From positions 2,503,779 through 2,567,778 of the forward strand of contig MU058718.1 of NCBI GenBank assembly GCA_013265495.1: 64,000 nt of DNA, written 5' to 3'. A program made the position numbers and the translations under genes. Source of the stretch: Vicugna vicugna (lineage: Eukaryota). Each line of letters starts with the position of its first letter. Positions within the stretch are counted from its first letter, which is position 1. A model generated the notes under the pieces. That model saw only the letters and a program-made list of their open reading frames with translations, searched no databases and was not told the origin of the DNA. Shown one piece after another: positions 27,400 to 40,626 of the stretch.

Positions 27400-28220
27400 T
27401 TTCAGATTTTACCCAGGAAGCTTCTGAGGTTTGTGAAACAACACGCCATCAAAAATATCAAAACAGACAAACAGAAAAGAAAGAAAAAACTTAGGAGAAA
27501 CAGTAATGCAGAGAACAGAAGAAAACAAGAACAAAAAAACCCCCCAACAACCTATAATTCCTACCTTCAGAAAGGTAAAAGAAGATATTGCATCTATGAA
27601 AGAAGAAACAATTAGAAAAGGGGACTGACTATATTGATTATTCAACATTCAATAGATCGGTTGGAAGATAAAACTGAGAAATTTTTTCAGAATATAAAAT
27701 AAAATGTTAAAGGAACGGACGAAAGGAAACAAAAATACAAAAATGAAAGTTCAATAGTTGAGTCAAAGCATTTCAACAACCAAAGAAGAACAGAGAAAAT
27801 AAAGGGGGTGAAAATTACCCAGTGAAGATATGAGAATGAAGGACATGAGCTTCCCCACTGAAATGGCCCCGGAAATGTCCGGCACACACAAACACACGAA
27901 AGACCTGCGCCAAACTCCAACGCCACGACGCTGATGAAGAGAAGAGCCTGCAACAGGCGGGGAAAACAGCCACGACTGACAACAACTCACACACCAGGGA
28001 CTGGCAATCAGAAAAGTATCGACCTTCAAAATAACCATGTCGGCAGGTAAATGACAAAGTAGCAATGTTTTCAAAATTCAACTATCTAACATGAAACAAA
28101 CGTGTGGGCAAAATGAAAGTCTTTCAGGTTTGCAAACACTCAAAATACCACCTGTCCTGCACGCTTTCTCAGGAAGCTGCTGGAGGAAGTGGCCAGGGGG
28201 GAAGAGTGGGGTTACAGGAC
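27400..28220 (+). mobile_element. Ancient HAL1 / L1 ORF1-like remnant
   Basis: A-rich ORF1-like composition; 'ctttctcaggaagctgctggaggaagtg' resembles the HAL1 ORF 3' end. Confidence 0.6.
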
Positions 28221-28327
28221 CTAGAACACCCGCCCCCGCACGTCCCCATGGAAGGGGCTGAGGTCGGGTCGGCACTGTAACCGGTACATCCAGTCCAGTA
28301 CAAATGGAATTATCCATTCGTCTAGAC

Positions 28328-28634
28328 TATTGCTTTCCAGAAGAAATATAATGTGAGTGACATGCATAATTTAAATGTTCTAGTAGCTTCATTTAAAAAG
28401 GTAAAAAGAAATGGGTGAAATTCATTTCAATAATACACATTATTTAAACCAATATACCCCAAACATGATCATTTCAGTATTAGTCAATATATTACTAATG
28501 AGATCGTTTACACTTTTTTCCAGACCAAATCTCACCATTTGGTGTGCATTTCACACGCCTCACCTCAGACTAGCTCCATTTCAAGGGCTCCGTCGCCGCA
28601 CATAGCCAGTAGCCACCATACTGCACAGCGTGTC
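28328..28634. mobile_element. MER33 hAT-Charlie MITE
   Basis: 'agaaatataatgtgag...aaaaagaaatgggtgaaattcattt...gactagctccatttcaag...agtagccaccatactgcacagcg'. Confidence 0.85.
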
Positions 28635-31539
28635 CTAGGATACTTTATTTTCAGCTGGTTGACATCGTGGGGAGCATGTCAAATAAAGTCTTTGGGAGAC
28701 TGGGACATGACAGGCATTTTAACTAAGGGATGAGGGGGTAAATAGTAATGGAGAAGTCTGAAAAATGGTGTGTCAGATCGGGTGCCCTGTGTGGACGCCT
28801 GAAGGTGGGGATGGCTTCAGATGGGTAGCGCTAATTGCTGAGACAGAAACTGCAGAAAGAGAGGGCCCTTCCTCCCGGTCACCGTGAATACTTCCTTGAT
28901 ACCGTGGGTTCTAAGACCTGCATCTCCTCAGGAACCTCTTCTGCCAGTTTTTCTCTCTCTTCTGTATCTTTGACCTCACCCTCCTGTTCACTCCTAAGTC
29001 TCAACTATTTCTTATTCGTGATCATCCCTTCTTCAGCTGCTGTCTTTTCTTGCAGGGCTCTGTTCCACCCTGGGGACCACCCCTCTTCACTTCCAGTCAC
29101 AGCAGATTGTTGCCTGTTATAACCACTTCCAAAAATAATGAGGTAAGGCCGGTTAACTGCACCTCAAAGAAGGAAACAACAGTTGAACATTTGTATTGCA
29201 CGATATATATATATATTTTTTTTACTCATTTACCATCCTGCTACAGAAAATATCCCTTTGACCCTACCTACCCTCTTCTGCATGTCGTTTGAACTGCTCC
29301 CTCCATTTTTTTTTATCCAGTTATCTGAGAACTTACAAATTCATGTGAAGTATTATGTCTCTCTCCCACCATTCCAGATGAGGTTTTGTCCTGACTCTGC
29401 AAGTATAAGAATTTATTTTTGGCTCAGCAAAATAAGACACTATTTGCCCTGTGACTTTATCATGAAAGAAATACAAAGAACTGGCAGAAGCTTTGAAACT
29501 ACAGTTGTTCTTTAGTATAATCCAGGATCAAATTCTTAGGCATGGAGTCTAACCACAGAGACCTAACGGGTGTGGGCTGTTCCCTTCTCACAAATGATTG
29601 TCTTGCAAACATTGGACGTTATTGTAATTATGTTTGTTCAGGTGTTCCCACTGCTTCCACCAGCATTGGCAAGGGGAAGGCAAATTTTTCTCTGGGTCCC
29701 ATAGCTCTTTTGGTCAATTGTAGGCTCTCTTGATTTCTAAGTGCTTATAGAGTTTTTATGCCACCCAATAAAAGTGCTCACCCAGCTTTTCCATCTCCTC
29801 CATTGGGAGACCTTCAGCCACGAAATTCCATCATCCTTTAGCCAAGGTCTGCTGAGGCTCTGCCCTAACAGCTCTCGATTCTGAAGGTGGGTAAGGTGAT
29901 GAGACTTACCCCAGTTCACGGGGTCCTAGAGATGACATTGACCCACCTCTTATATCACTGGTGAGAAATTGGTGGTCAGTCCAGAGCTGGACCCCAGGAT
30001 TCTGCCCTCAATCTCATTATTCTTTCCACCCCCACAAAGTAAATGGGTGGGAGGAGAGCCAGGGAGGCAGGAGACCACCTAAAGGCTGCCAAGTAGCATG
30101 GTTCTATGTGGGAAGGGCAGCAAGTCCAGAAGGACCTGGGAGGGTCACTGGTTTAAGGGTTGCCAGGCAGATCCCTACTGTGGAAATGACAGAGGCGCCA
30201 CCATGAGCCTGGTAACTTGTTGTAGACTGTCCCACGAGCCATAGTCTTTCCAGACTAGTCCAGGCCCCTGTCAGTGCCCCAGGGCCAGACATAACTTCTG
30301 GGCAAGGAGGGCAATTCTGAAGACCTTCCTAGGGCCTTGACCTTGGCCTTGACTTTTGTCATCTGCCAGGTGTCCCCTGAACAGAGCTCCGGCAGAGATC
30401 AGTGAAGCAAAGAAGCTAGGACTGAAAGGGGACACCCTTGCAGGCAGGCGCAACAGGGAGGAGGAGCCTGCACCAGAGGTGGGGCAGCCATGGAGAGAAG
30501 GGATCGGAACCAGGATGGGGCTGAGTGCAGGAACTTGGAGCCTTGAGAAATAGAGTCAAACATGCCCACTGCTGCTGACATCAGAGGTGAGAGCGGTGGA
30601 AGATCGGAAAAGATTAGCAGAGCTTTGGTGCCTGCCCTTTAGTTTCCTCAAGGGAATACATAAATAAAAACTTGAAACAACATTTCTGAAAGATTAACAA
30701 GTCAATATAAACCATATAAGGGGCAGTCAGCGACTGAGCATCCAGGGTGTGAAGCAGAAGTGGTGAGGGGAGAAGAGGCTGGTGTGTCAGCTCTTGTAAT
30801 GTCTTAGGAAGGAAATGAATCGAGAGCTGACTGATGGGACCTCCTGAACACCCCACTGGTGGGAGCCTTGGGAATCCCATGAGGACCGTGCTTCAGTGTC
30901 CATCACAGCCTAGTAATTGTGTCACAAATTGCACCCAGCAAGGCATAGGGATGTTCCCTGTGAAAACGATTGGTACGGGCTAACTGTAGTCTTCTGGGTA
31001 CAGACTCATGCCTGTTTCCCCCTCAGGAAGGCATACAGCATCCAGAATAGCTGAGCTTCTTGCCTCATGGTAGAAGGACAGCTGTGACCTTTGGGGTGAT
31101 GGTGGTAGGAGACAGGGCCAGGCCGGCCATAGGCTAGGCTGTAAAACTGTCAGCCAGTCTTTGGTCTCTCTTTTATGGCCCTCTGCTGGTGCAGCACTGG
31201 GCTTATGGCTCAGGAGTCCCGGATGCAAAGCCCAACTCTCATATCAGCCATGTCTTCCGCAATTTTCTCAACATCACAGAATGCTAGTTTCCCTGGTAGT
31301 ATCCCGGCCCTGATCCTGTCTGTGGATGGTCAGGTGTATTGACGGGAATCCCAGGGTCTGGGGTCAGATGAACCTGGGCTTAATGCTACCTTACCGCCAG
31401 ACGTGCTGAATCAGTCTCTGGAGGCAGAGCTTGCATCCTCATTAAGCCTTTCCAGTGTCTTTGGCTTCGTAAAATGTGAGGTCCACTGTCTCAGGGCTCT
31501 CCCCCTCTCCATCCTTTCCCACCCAAGTTCCCATTTTCT

Positions 31540-31655
31540 TTCTTTCTTTCCCCTCCTCCTCCTCCTTCTTCTTCTTATAGAGGTACTGGGGGTTGAACCC
31601 AGGACCACATGCAAACTAAACATGTGCTCTACCACTAAGCTATACCCAGCCCCTG
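31540..31655 (-). mobile_element. tRNA-Ala-derived SINE (vic-1-like)
   Basis: Perfect 18-bp TSD 'cccaagttcccattttct' at 31522-31539 and 31656-31673. Confidence 0.95.
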
Positions 31656-32959
31656 CCCAAGTTCCCATTTTCTAAACATCAGGCTCTTGAAGTAAATTCT
31701 CAATTTGAGGTCTTAGAGAAATACATACATATATTCTTTTTCATATTGATTTTTTATATTGTTTTTAACCTACGGAGCTGAACTCTTTGGAGAGATAAAT
31801 GTAAAGGTTCCTTCACCTGAATAAGAAAATATTTACTTCTTTTCATTAACCTTAAACTGAAATCAAGCATTTCCTTCCATTACAAGCCTAGGCAACACAT
31901 CCCAGTAATTAGAGCAGAACCTGTGATTCCTCATCTCAGGAAGCAGAGATTTGCATGGCACTTTATAATGTTGCAGACATCTTGAAAGACCATAGCCCTT
32001 ATCACTAATTTGAAATGAAAGTAGCTGAATTAATAAAGAGCACATATATTGTATTAAAATTTCAGCTATATTTCAATATCATTGCTTTCCTTTGCAATCT
32101 CTGTTTTTAAAAATGTATTAAAAAAGCATTATCTGGGAAAGTTCCACAAAACTGTCAAGAAGCCTTGTATCGGACACAGTGCCTGACTCAAAAACACTTC
32201 TCCACGATGTACCTAACTCCTGCCTTTCTAGCAGTCCTTCTCACTGACTCAGATAAGCCGCTCGCGGATGGCATTTCAAGCAGTGCCAGGGAGACTGAGG
32301 AGATGGGAGGTGCTGTCCCGGGAGGAGTCTCCCCTCAGGCCTCACCTCCAGCTCACAGCACTGAACATGGACCAGCAAACACTGCTCACCCGCTTTCTCA
32401 AGCAAGACCTGACTCCCCAACCCTCAAGTCTGGCTTTTCTGGAACACCTATCCAGTATCTCCTGGAGCATGCAGGCTGTGGTGAACCTTCCTTGAGAAAA
32501 CAAAAAAGGAACACCTGATGTGTGGGTGTCTGTCTTGTAGATCTAAGGGTCTGCAGAAGGAGACTTGTTCCACACAGACATCCCTTCTTACCCAGGTCCT
32601 CCCTCCCCAGGACAGCTGGGCTCAAGCATAACTGATTAGCTTGATAGTGGTGAAGATGATACCACCACTAATAATTATAATAACTTGCGGTGTGTCAGGC
32701 ACCATCCCAACTACTTTACAAATATTGCCTTGTTTAATTCTTCCACAACCCAACGTGATACCTGGCGTTTTGCAGTCATGGAAGGGGGCATGATAAGGCA
32801 TCACTTATACTAAGTGTCTATTAACTTATACTAACATAGCATCTGCCTTGCTCAGTGGCTCTGCTCAGTGCTGAAGACTAACGGGTAAAGAAATATGTGC
32901 AATCTGTTATAAATGGTATAACGTGCCTGGGGTCACGTGCAGGTGTGGTAGTGGTCAGG

Positions 32960-33180
32960 AGGGCAAGCTCTTGTATGGGAAGCCCTGGGGTAGAATCCTG
33001 ACTCCAATCCCTTGGGCAGTGGACTTCACTTTTATGTACCTCTCCGTCTTCATCTGAATTAAGGAGATAATAGTGCCTCCCTCATAGTGGAGTAGGGAGG
33101 ATGAAAGGAGATAATCTGTGTAAAGCATTTAGCACAGCAGTTGTGCACAGTAAACTCAATATATGTCATTATAACCATAA
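32960..33180 (+). mobile_element. MIR SINE
   Basis: 'cttgggcagtggacttcac...catctgaattaaggagataatagtgcct...gtgtaaagcatttagcacag'. Confidence 0.8.
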
Positions 33181-33458
33181 TTCAAATGAATGATGTATTT
33201 GTTAGGAAAGGCATGGAAGAGTTGGTGACCTCCAAGGTACTGGGAGAGAAGAAGATAGAACATTCTGGCATACTTTATTTGCTGCCTTTAATCTTAATGT
33301 CAAACAATAGAGTTACTAAGCAAGGCAGATGCTATGATTACATAAGTTAATATATAGTTACTTAATATAAGAGATGGTGAACTACTTTTTTCAGTTCCCC
33401 TTACATGACTGTAAAATGGGAATAATAAGGCCACATAACATAATTAATTCACGCTGGT

Positions 33459-33870
33459 TGTGGTGTACATCTCTTGCTTTTGGCTGGACCGTGTTTGCTT
33501 TCTTCCACTGGTAAAACCACCCAGCTTGGCTTTGGAAAATGGCCCTTCCCCATCGCATGTGGTTCTAACCAGGTCCCTCCTCAGCCCAGGCTACAGAGTC
33601 TCGTTCTGCTTCCTTCTGGATTTGCTTAGCTCACAGGATGAGCAGCTGGGCTGCTGACAGTATTCTCACCCAGGCTATGGAGGGAGCCCGGCCAGGGGGC
33701 AGAGAGCAAGTCAGATGTCCGAGGAGATCACATGGCCCTCTGGATCTAGATGTGCCTGAAACTGGAAGCACACCTGGGTGCCTCTGACTTGTGATTTAAT
33801 AGTTCTCTTTTTTGCTTAACCTATTTGAATTCAGTTTTCCTCTCTGTAATTGAAAGAGTACTCCAGATAT
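33459..33870 (+). mobile_element. Old MLT1 (K/L-type) LTR remnant
   Basis: 'ctggatctagatgtgcctgaa...ttttttgcttaacctatttgaatt...tgtaattgaaagagt'. Confidence 0.6.
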
Positions 33871-34849
33871 ACTAGTGACAGATGCTATTTGAATCTATCC
33901 CTAAGTTCTGGGTATCCTCCAATTTTGTGTTTTACGACTTATAGAACACTTTTGTCTGTTCACTGCTTATAAAAAATTAATAATAATAATTCCACCTATG
34001 CCCAATCTCTCTGCCAACCTGATCACAATTATTAGGTTAAGTAACTTGTCCAGGGAATAAGGAGCAGAGGTGAGATTCAAACTCAAGTTCATCTAATTTT
34101 AAAATCTGTGCATTTTCTACTATGCCAAGGCTCCTCTCCACCTTGAGACAAGAGTGTTTTCCACCTGAATGCATCTCTGACATTACGATGAAAGTCAGTG
34201 AATAAATAGATTAATTTAGCAAAATTCACTTTTAATATCTTTTATGGGTCAAATCCTGTTTGAAAATTACAACCCAAGGTGGTGCCTGATATTACATCAC
34301 TCAAGTTCAACCTGCCCAACCCATGCCCCTGCCAATCACTCCAATGTCCTTGTTTGCAAGAGCAAAGCTTGGTTTTCCTTCCCAGGAAACATGAAATTAA
34401 TGTGTATTTTGCAGTGACTTCTATGCAAGGTAAACTATGAAGGAATAGGGCTTAGAGAGGCATTTGCCTTTAAAGGGCTTGAACTCCAGTGGGGAAGATG
34501 TATATACAAAGAAATAAATCTCTTGCAAGCCAGGTGGATGTATGCTACCATCAGCACCAATAGTGGGGCTTATAGCCACAGAGGAAGGACCAGGTATTAG
34601 TGGGGATGGGAAGGAAGACTTCAGGGAAGGCGAAATGTTGAGCTGTCATGAAGCAGAAGAATTCCTCAGAAGAATGGGTACTCAGGTGATTTAAGAGTTT
34701 ATGGTCAAAGCTGGAGCCTAGAACACTCAAGTTTTCATAGTTTGTCTGCTATCTGCAGACACTGCTGGGAGCTCAGAGGACAATGGGGGTGTAGAGAGAG
34801 TCCCGGCCCCCACAGTGCTTACAGTAGGGCAGAGACAGACCAATAAGAG

Positions 34850-35650
34850 TATGCAAGGTAGAGCGCTGCGTGAAAAACTCCGGTAGGCGCAAGGCGGCCC
34901 AGCCTTAGGCAGTCACGGACCTCGCATTTGGGATCTGATGGGTGAGAGGAGAGAGCGCCACCAGGGGGCGCTCTTTAGTGGCTGTGGAGCAGCGGAGGCC
35001 GGTCCTGGAGACCGACGAATTGATTCATTCAGGGAAAAGCAAGTTGTTTGCTAGAGCATTTCCGGGTGGGCTGGAGCCGGAAGTCGCGGTAGGAAAACAC
35101 GTCGGGACCACCTGGAGACGGGACGGAAGAGCTCGGTAAGGAGTTGGGATGTCCTCTGACCCCACTTTCTGCCGTCGACAGTAGCCTAAATGGGAAGAAT
35201 TCACGTTCGGTGAGATGAATTCCAGTTTGTGACAAAGGACTCCGGTTGTCCTCCCTTCTCGCTCTCATTATTTAATCCCTCCTCCCCTAGCTCAGCCTCA
35301 CAGAGAGTTCTGGGTTTCCATGTCCTTCTACGTCCCTTGCCCATGGATAACCGCGCAGGACCGGCCGCCCGGAGTCCGCAGAGCAAATCCACCTCCAACC
35401 CCCTACCCAGGGGGGCATTTCTTCCCTTTTTCTCCTCCACTTCCTTGGAGCTGCGTGGAACACAGCTCATCTCCGCTGTAGTTCTTACCTCACCACGGGG
35501 TAGCTGGGGGACGGAAAGGGTATAAACCTCAGGCTCTGCTTCTTTCTCCGCCTCCTGGGCCGCCGGACCCGGGTTCTGCCTCCTCCCCGACCCCCGTTTC
35601 CTCTCAGGGCACGTGTGGTACACGGACGCCTCTGGTAACCCTGGCTTGCA
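34850..35650. promoter_or_regulatory. CpG island / promoter
   Basis: Dense CpGs against a CpG-depleted background. ETS motif CCGGAAGT at 35077-35084, E-box CACGTG at 35610-35615. Splice donors TCG|GTAAGG (+, 35136) and GAG|GTAAGA (-, 35488). Confidence 0.85.
34958..34971 (+). promoter_or_regulatory. CTCF core motif
   Basis: CCACCAGGGGGCGC, a consensus match. Confidence 0.85.
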
Positions 35651-36240
35651 GGTTTCTCTCAAGTACCCAGATCTGCCAGCTCATCCTGAAGTGTGAAGAG
35701 GGCCGTGTTAGACCCTCTGGGCGGGGATTTTGTCTTTCTCTATGAGAACCCAGGGAAAACAGAACGGGGCACAGAGGAAGCCTTTGTAATCCCTGGTCCA
35801 CTGCCCCTTCATTACGATGCATGAAGACCCTTAAAACCCATTTAAAAAAAAAAAGCTTGCTTTGGGGATAGAAAAGTAAGAGGAAAACTCTGGGATTATA
35901 GTTTGTTCCTCAGTGGAAGGGAGCAAAGGTTTTCACTGATACAGGCAGCCAAGCCCTCGGGCCACTGGAAGAAGAGAGGTAGCAGGAATATATTCCATAT
36001 CCACCGAGAATTAAGTGGGCACCAGTTATTTTCACCAGAGACCCTCTCCTCAGCCTTTATCACCATGACAACTTCTTCTCCTGGGCCTTAGTCACTAAAG
36101 GATTAACACCACTTCTATCTTGAATGTGAATTCAGGAAGTGTAGCTGTAAAATAATGCCACTGCTTACATCAACAAGGAAACCATATTCCTCCTTTGCTC
36201 CACGTAGAGCGGTGTAACCAGCTGCAGTATTGATGATCTA

Positions 36241-36254
36241 CCACTAGAGGGCAG
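36241..36254 (+). promoter_or_regulatory. CTCF core motif
   Basis: CCACTAGAGGGCAG, a consensus match. Confidence 0.8.
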
Positions 36255-36409
36255 AAGAGGATAAAAGTTGTCCTCGGAAGGCTCCTTGTCGACTGGAGAT
36301 GAGACGTCCCTGGTTTTTCTCTCGTAGGCTTCTGGCTTAGTCTCTCAACGGGAGGTTTCAGAGGAGCTCACAGTGCAGTCTTTGAGGCAGGAAAGTTGTC
36401 TACCTAAGT

Positions 36410-37600
36410 AATTCTCAAAGCATGGTTCCCAGCTTTCTGAGGGTCAGGCAGCCCCATGAATTCAAACTATTGTCAGACAAATACCAAGACATTCTTTGCC
36501 TTTTCCCCTGGGTTGATGTCTGTATCAGTGGTGCGAAAACGATGGTGGTTAAAACTGCTGGCACCTTAACATGAATCAGGATGGTGGTACCAAACTATTC
36601 GTAGTCGTATTCCTCATCATCACATGTTTGCAATAGCAATAAAAAAAAAAAAGTGCCACTTTCACCTAAGAATGTCCTTGATCAAGTAGTAAAATTACTC
36701 ATTTCATTAAATCTTGACCTTTGAATTCATGTCCTTTTAATATCAAGTGTGATGAAACGGGAGTATGCAGAAAGCAGTTCTACTGAATGTCAGAGCAGAA
36801 TGGTCATCTTGAAGAAAAGCATTTGTATAACCTGAACAACAGTCCCTTTTTGGGGAACACCATTTTTACTTTAAAGAAGTCTGGCAAACAAATTATGGTT
36901 TTTCAATATGAAAAGGAATAAATACATGTATGCATATGTATGACTGAAAACATACATTGACACAACATTGTAAACTGGCTATACTTCAATTAAAAAAAAA
37001 TTTTTATTATGATTTTTCAGACTTCAGTATCTGGAAGATATTTTCTCAAAAATAAGGGGAACTTATCCCTTTAAGGAAATCAACTATCAGTATTTGTGCC
37101 AACAGTTAACATTTGAGCTTTCAAGTGAAAATTAGAAATCTGGAAATTTTGTAACTACCACAGTTAGCTCCTTAAGTTCTCTATATTTGAACACTTTTCT
37201 GGTGAATTTGGTGGTGCTATTAATGAATTTTGATATTGCACGATGAAATGTGACAAAATATTGAAGATCTGCGTAACTCAGTGAACCGCTATTTTACCCT
37301 ATGTATGAGTAAAAGATACATTCAAAGCGCAGGATAGATCACTGGATTTTAATGTCACAGAGTGAAAAAAGTTCGTTGGTATGTCTTCAGAGTCCTTATT
37401 GTTACTAATCTTTAAGAAACAAACATTTTGGCAGTTTGATGTAGTATAAACACTTTATAGCCAGAAGCATCTGAAAAGTTGTTGAAATCCCTTTCTCATT
37501 TCCAACTACTTATCCATTTGAGGCTGGATTTCTTCACTTGCTTCAAGCAAAACAGTATCTCACAACAGGCTAAACGCAGGAGCAGATATGAGACTCCAGT
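36410..37600. mobile_element. Charlie1-type hAT DNA transposon remnant, with a short L1 tail inserted at ~36905-37000
   Basis: 'aaacgatggtggttaaaactgctggcacctta...ttcacctaagaatgtccttgat...gaagatctgcgtaactcagtgaacc...gcagatatgagactccag'. Confidence 0.85.
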
Positions 37601-38120
37601 AATCACTAACAACTAATTCTGCTATGTTCTGAATACACATAAGGAAATCGGTGTCTTGATTTTGTTCCCTTGCTGTTTAATTTCTCCAGATAAACATGGC
37701 TTCCTTCTCTGTCTACAAACTATCTTCTTTAGAAAACACCAGACCTTAGCCAAGATAATTTTACTTGGCTACTATGCTTTGCTACCAGCAGTGAGGTGAT
37801 ATCACCTCCTATTGTAAACGTTTTGTAGTTAACGAATATCAGATGGTCCACTCATACCCTGAAGAAAATGAGGTCAAGACGGGATTTACCTGCAGCCGTA
37901 CAGTAAATAGCAGAAACCTAACTAAAACTCCGGCTTTCTGATTCAGGGTCGTTTGCCACCCTATTATACTGCTCCCCCTGGAAAGTAATTCCCACAGGTG
38001 GTTTGTTAGAGGAGGGAGGGAAAAAATTCAAATTCCTTACTCAAGTGACAGGGAGTTGTGGGAATAGGGGGGTAAAACTATTTGCTTCAGAATCAAACGC
38101 CGTGCTCCTTCCAGTTAAAT

Positions 38121-38134
38121 CCTCAAGAGGGCGC
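38121..38134 (+). promoter_or_regulatory. CTCF-like motif
   Basis: CCTCAAGAGGGCGC, near-consensus. Confidence 0.55.
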
Positions 38135-39324
38135 TAGAGGTTTTCATCTCTTTGCAAAAGCAAGTGAAGTAGCAAGTCACTGGTCGTGGCGACTGAGCTT
38201 CCTTTTCAATTGCTGTGTCTTCACGCTATCCATTTGGTATATCTTTTTTTCAAGTATAAACGGACAAACAGATAAAATCAAGGGAGGAAAGCTATGTATA
38301 CAATCAAAATGATGGTTTCTTCAGAAGCTAAGTAGTTTATAGTGTCTCGTCCATTTTTTTCTGTTTTCCTCGTTTACACAACCCCCCCAGACACTTGGCA
38401 TCTTTAACAGTATTTACATTTGTATGGCCCCTTTCAGTTTGCAAAGTATTTTCACAATCATTTTGTCTTCTGAACCTCAGACAGGGCCTCACCTCTGTGA
38501 GACAAGTAGGGTGGGTGTGATTGTCCTGTGGTGCCTTTGGTAAGCAGAACTGTTTAAACATGATGGGGGAGATCATTCTAGTCTGCCTGGATGATGAGCT
38601 GTTAGGACAGGGAGGAACGACCCCAAAATAGCCTCCCACAGGACCATCACCACCTTCCACTTGAAGAGGAGAACCAGAACCCAGCGTTCCCCAGGCCAAG
38701 GAACCAGTGTTTCTGACTCAGTCACTCAGGGTGGGGCCCGGGAACTTCTATCAAGTTCCCAGTAGATGCTATGGGGACTACAGTTTGAGAACCAGTGCTT
38801 TAACTCATACTGTATGTTTACAGAATTGGTCTATGACCTTGTTGCTGGATGGGTAGCATCCATGTCCATGAAGGAACCACCTTTTATAAACAGCCCTTTT
38901 TACTGATGGGCAAGATGAACAGAGATTACGTGATTTGTCCAAGGTCTCACTGATGGAAATTTGGTATAGTCTGAAGTAGACCTAAGGTCTTCTGATTCCT
39001 AATGAAAGGTAGTTCCTTAAGCTATTAGCCTGTTGTAACTTTCTTTAATCACAGACAGGGATGATTGGCAATTGTTATAAGTGTTCAACAAATATATGTT
39101 TAGTTGAACTTGTTTTGCTGAGTGTGATCTAGGTAAACAGCAAAGGAAACAGTCTTCCTTATTTTCATCCAAGATTCATTGTAGGAGATGGAAATGTCCT
39201 TCAGTATAACGAAGAACGTCAAGGATAGAAATATATAAAACACTTAAACCCAGCTCTTTAGAACTGCATGTCTAAATGCTGTTGGGTTTCTAAAGATGAT
39301 GGATTAAACCCCAATTTAATAAAA

Positions 39325-39612
39325 ATTTTTTAAATTTTTATTGAAGTATAGTTGATTTATAATAGTTTCAAGTGTACAACATAGTGATTCAATATTTTTA
39401 TAGGTTATGCTCCATTTAAAGTTACTATAACATTGGCTATGTTCCCTGTGCTGTACAATATATCCTTGTAGCTTATTTATTTTATACACAGTAATTTGTA
39501 CCTCTTAATCCACTACTCCTATCTTGCCCCTCCCTGCTTCCCTCTCCTCACTGGTAACCTCTAGTTTGTTCTCTGTATCTGTGAGTTTATTTCTGTTTTG
39601 TTATATTCATTT
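39325..39612 (-). mobile_element. L1 3' UTR fragment
   Basis: 'tttttattgaagtatagttgattt...ctggtaacctctagtttgttctctgtatctgtgag'. Confidence 0.9.
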
Positions 39613-39619
39613 GAATAAA

Positions 39620-40210
39620 AAGTTTTTAATGTTTACTCTGAGCAAAGAACTCTGCTGGGGCTGTAACTGAGATCTGGTCTTTGACTTAAAGGAATATATA
39701 AACTATGGGAAGAAGCAGAATGTTCATAATTAACTACAGAATTACACCAGGAGGTGGAATGTGAAAGCTACTAAAGTAGAGGTCCGCAGTATACAGTGCA
39801 GGAGGACAAAGAGGGGGAAATAGGTTTCATTTAGGAGAGTTGATGAAGGAATTGCACAAGCAGTGACATCTGAACTGATGCTCTGAAAGGGGGTAGGACT
39901 TCGCCTGGTAAAGATAAAGAGGAAGAATCTTCTGGGCATTGGGGAAGATAAAGGTAAGCACAAAGCTTGCTTAGGGAGCAGCTGCTTTTCCAGTGGTCTG
40001 GGAAGGGCACGTGGGTGTGATGTGATACAACTGAAAAGTCACTGGGAACAGCCAAGAATGACTGAGCCATTCTGAGCCAGGAGAGACATGATCAGAGGAG
40101 TGCTGTAGAGAAGGTGGCTGTGGCAGGTAGCGGTGCGGAGGACAGGTAGAAGGGAGGCGAAGAGACCAGGGAGGAGGTGGAGACCAGTCAGGAGGGCTCT
40201 TCAGGAGTTG
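39620..40210. mobile_element. L2 fragment(s)
   Basis: Purine-rich L2-like motifs 'gtgacatctgaactgatgctctgaa' and 'ggagaccagtcaggaggg'. Confidence 0.55.
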
Positions 40211-40474
40211 ACCGGAGTGAGAGAGTGGCTTTGGGGTCTTCTGTGGTAACCCTGGTTTTGAGCTCATTTTCACGTACTACCTCTGTGACCTCAGGCAAAA
40301 TATGACTGCTCTCTGGACTTCAGTTTTCTCACCTGTAAAAGGAGAGGGTAGATGCTGGCTGGCTGACATTTGTCTACCCCTAACATTCTTTGATTCTGAG
40401 ACTCTTAATTGCCCTGCCCTGCAAATCTAATCCTGGATGGCTTACGTCAATTTTTCATCCTTCTCTTTTCTTTC

Positions 40475-40626
40475 TTTTTTTTTAATTTTAATGAAAAAAA
40501 ATTTAGGGGAGGAGGTAATTAGGCTTATTCATTTATTTATTTAATGGAGAGATACTGGGGATTGAACCCAGGACCTCGTGCTTGCAAAGCGTGCACTCCA
40601 CCAGTGAGCTCTACCCTCCGGCCCCC
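40475..40626 (-). mobile_element. tRNA-Ala-derived SINE (vic-1-like)
   Basis: 'ggaggtaattagg...tactggggattgaacccaggacctcgtgcttgcaaagcgtgcactccacc'. Confidence 0.9.

Noticed and set aside
35201..35662. 153-aa ORF across the CpG island
   Set aside because: Non-ATG start, GC-rich sequence where open frames are common, no recognisable homology, and it crosses a likely splice donor.
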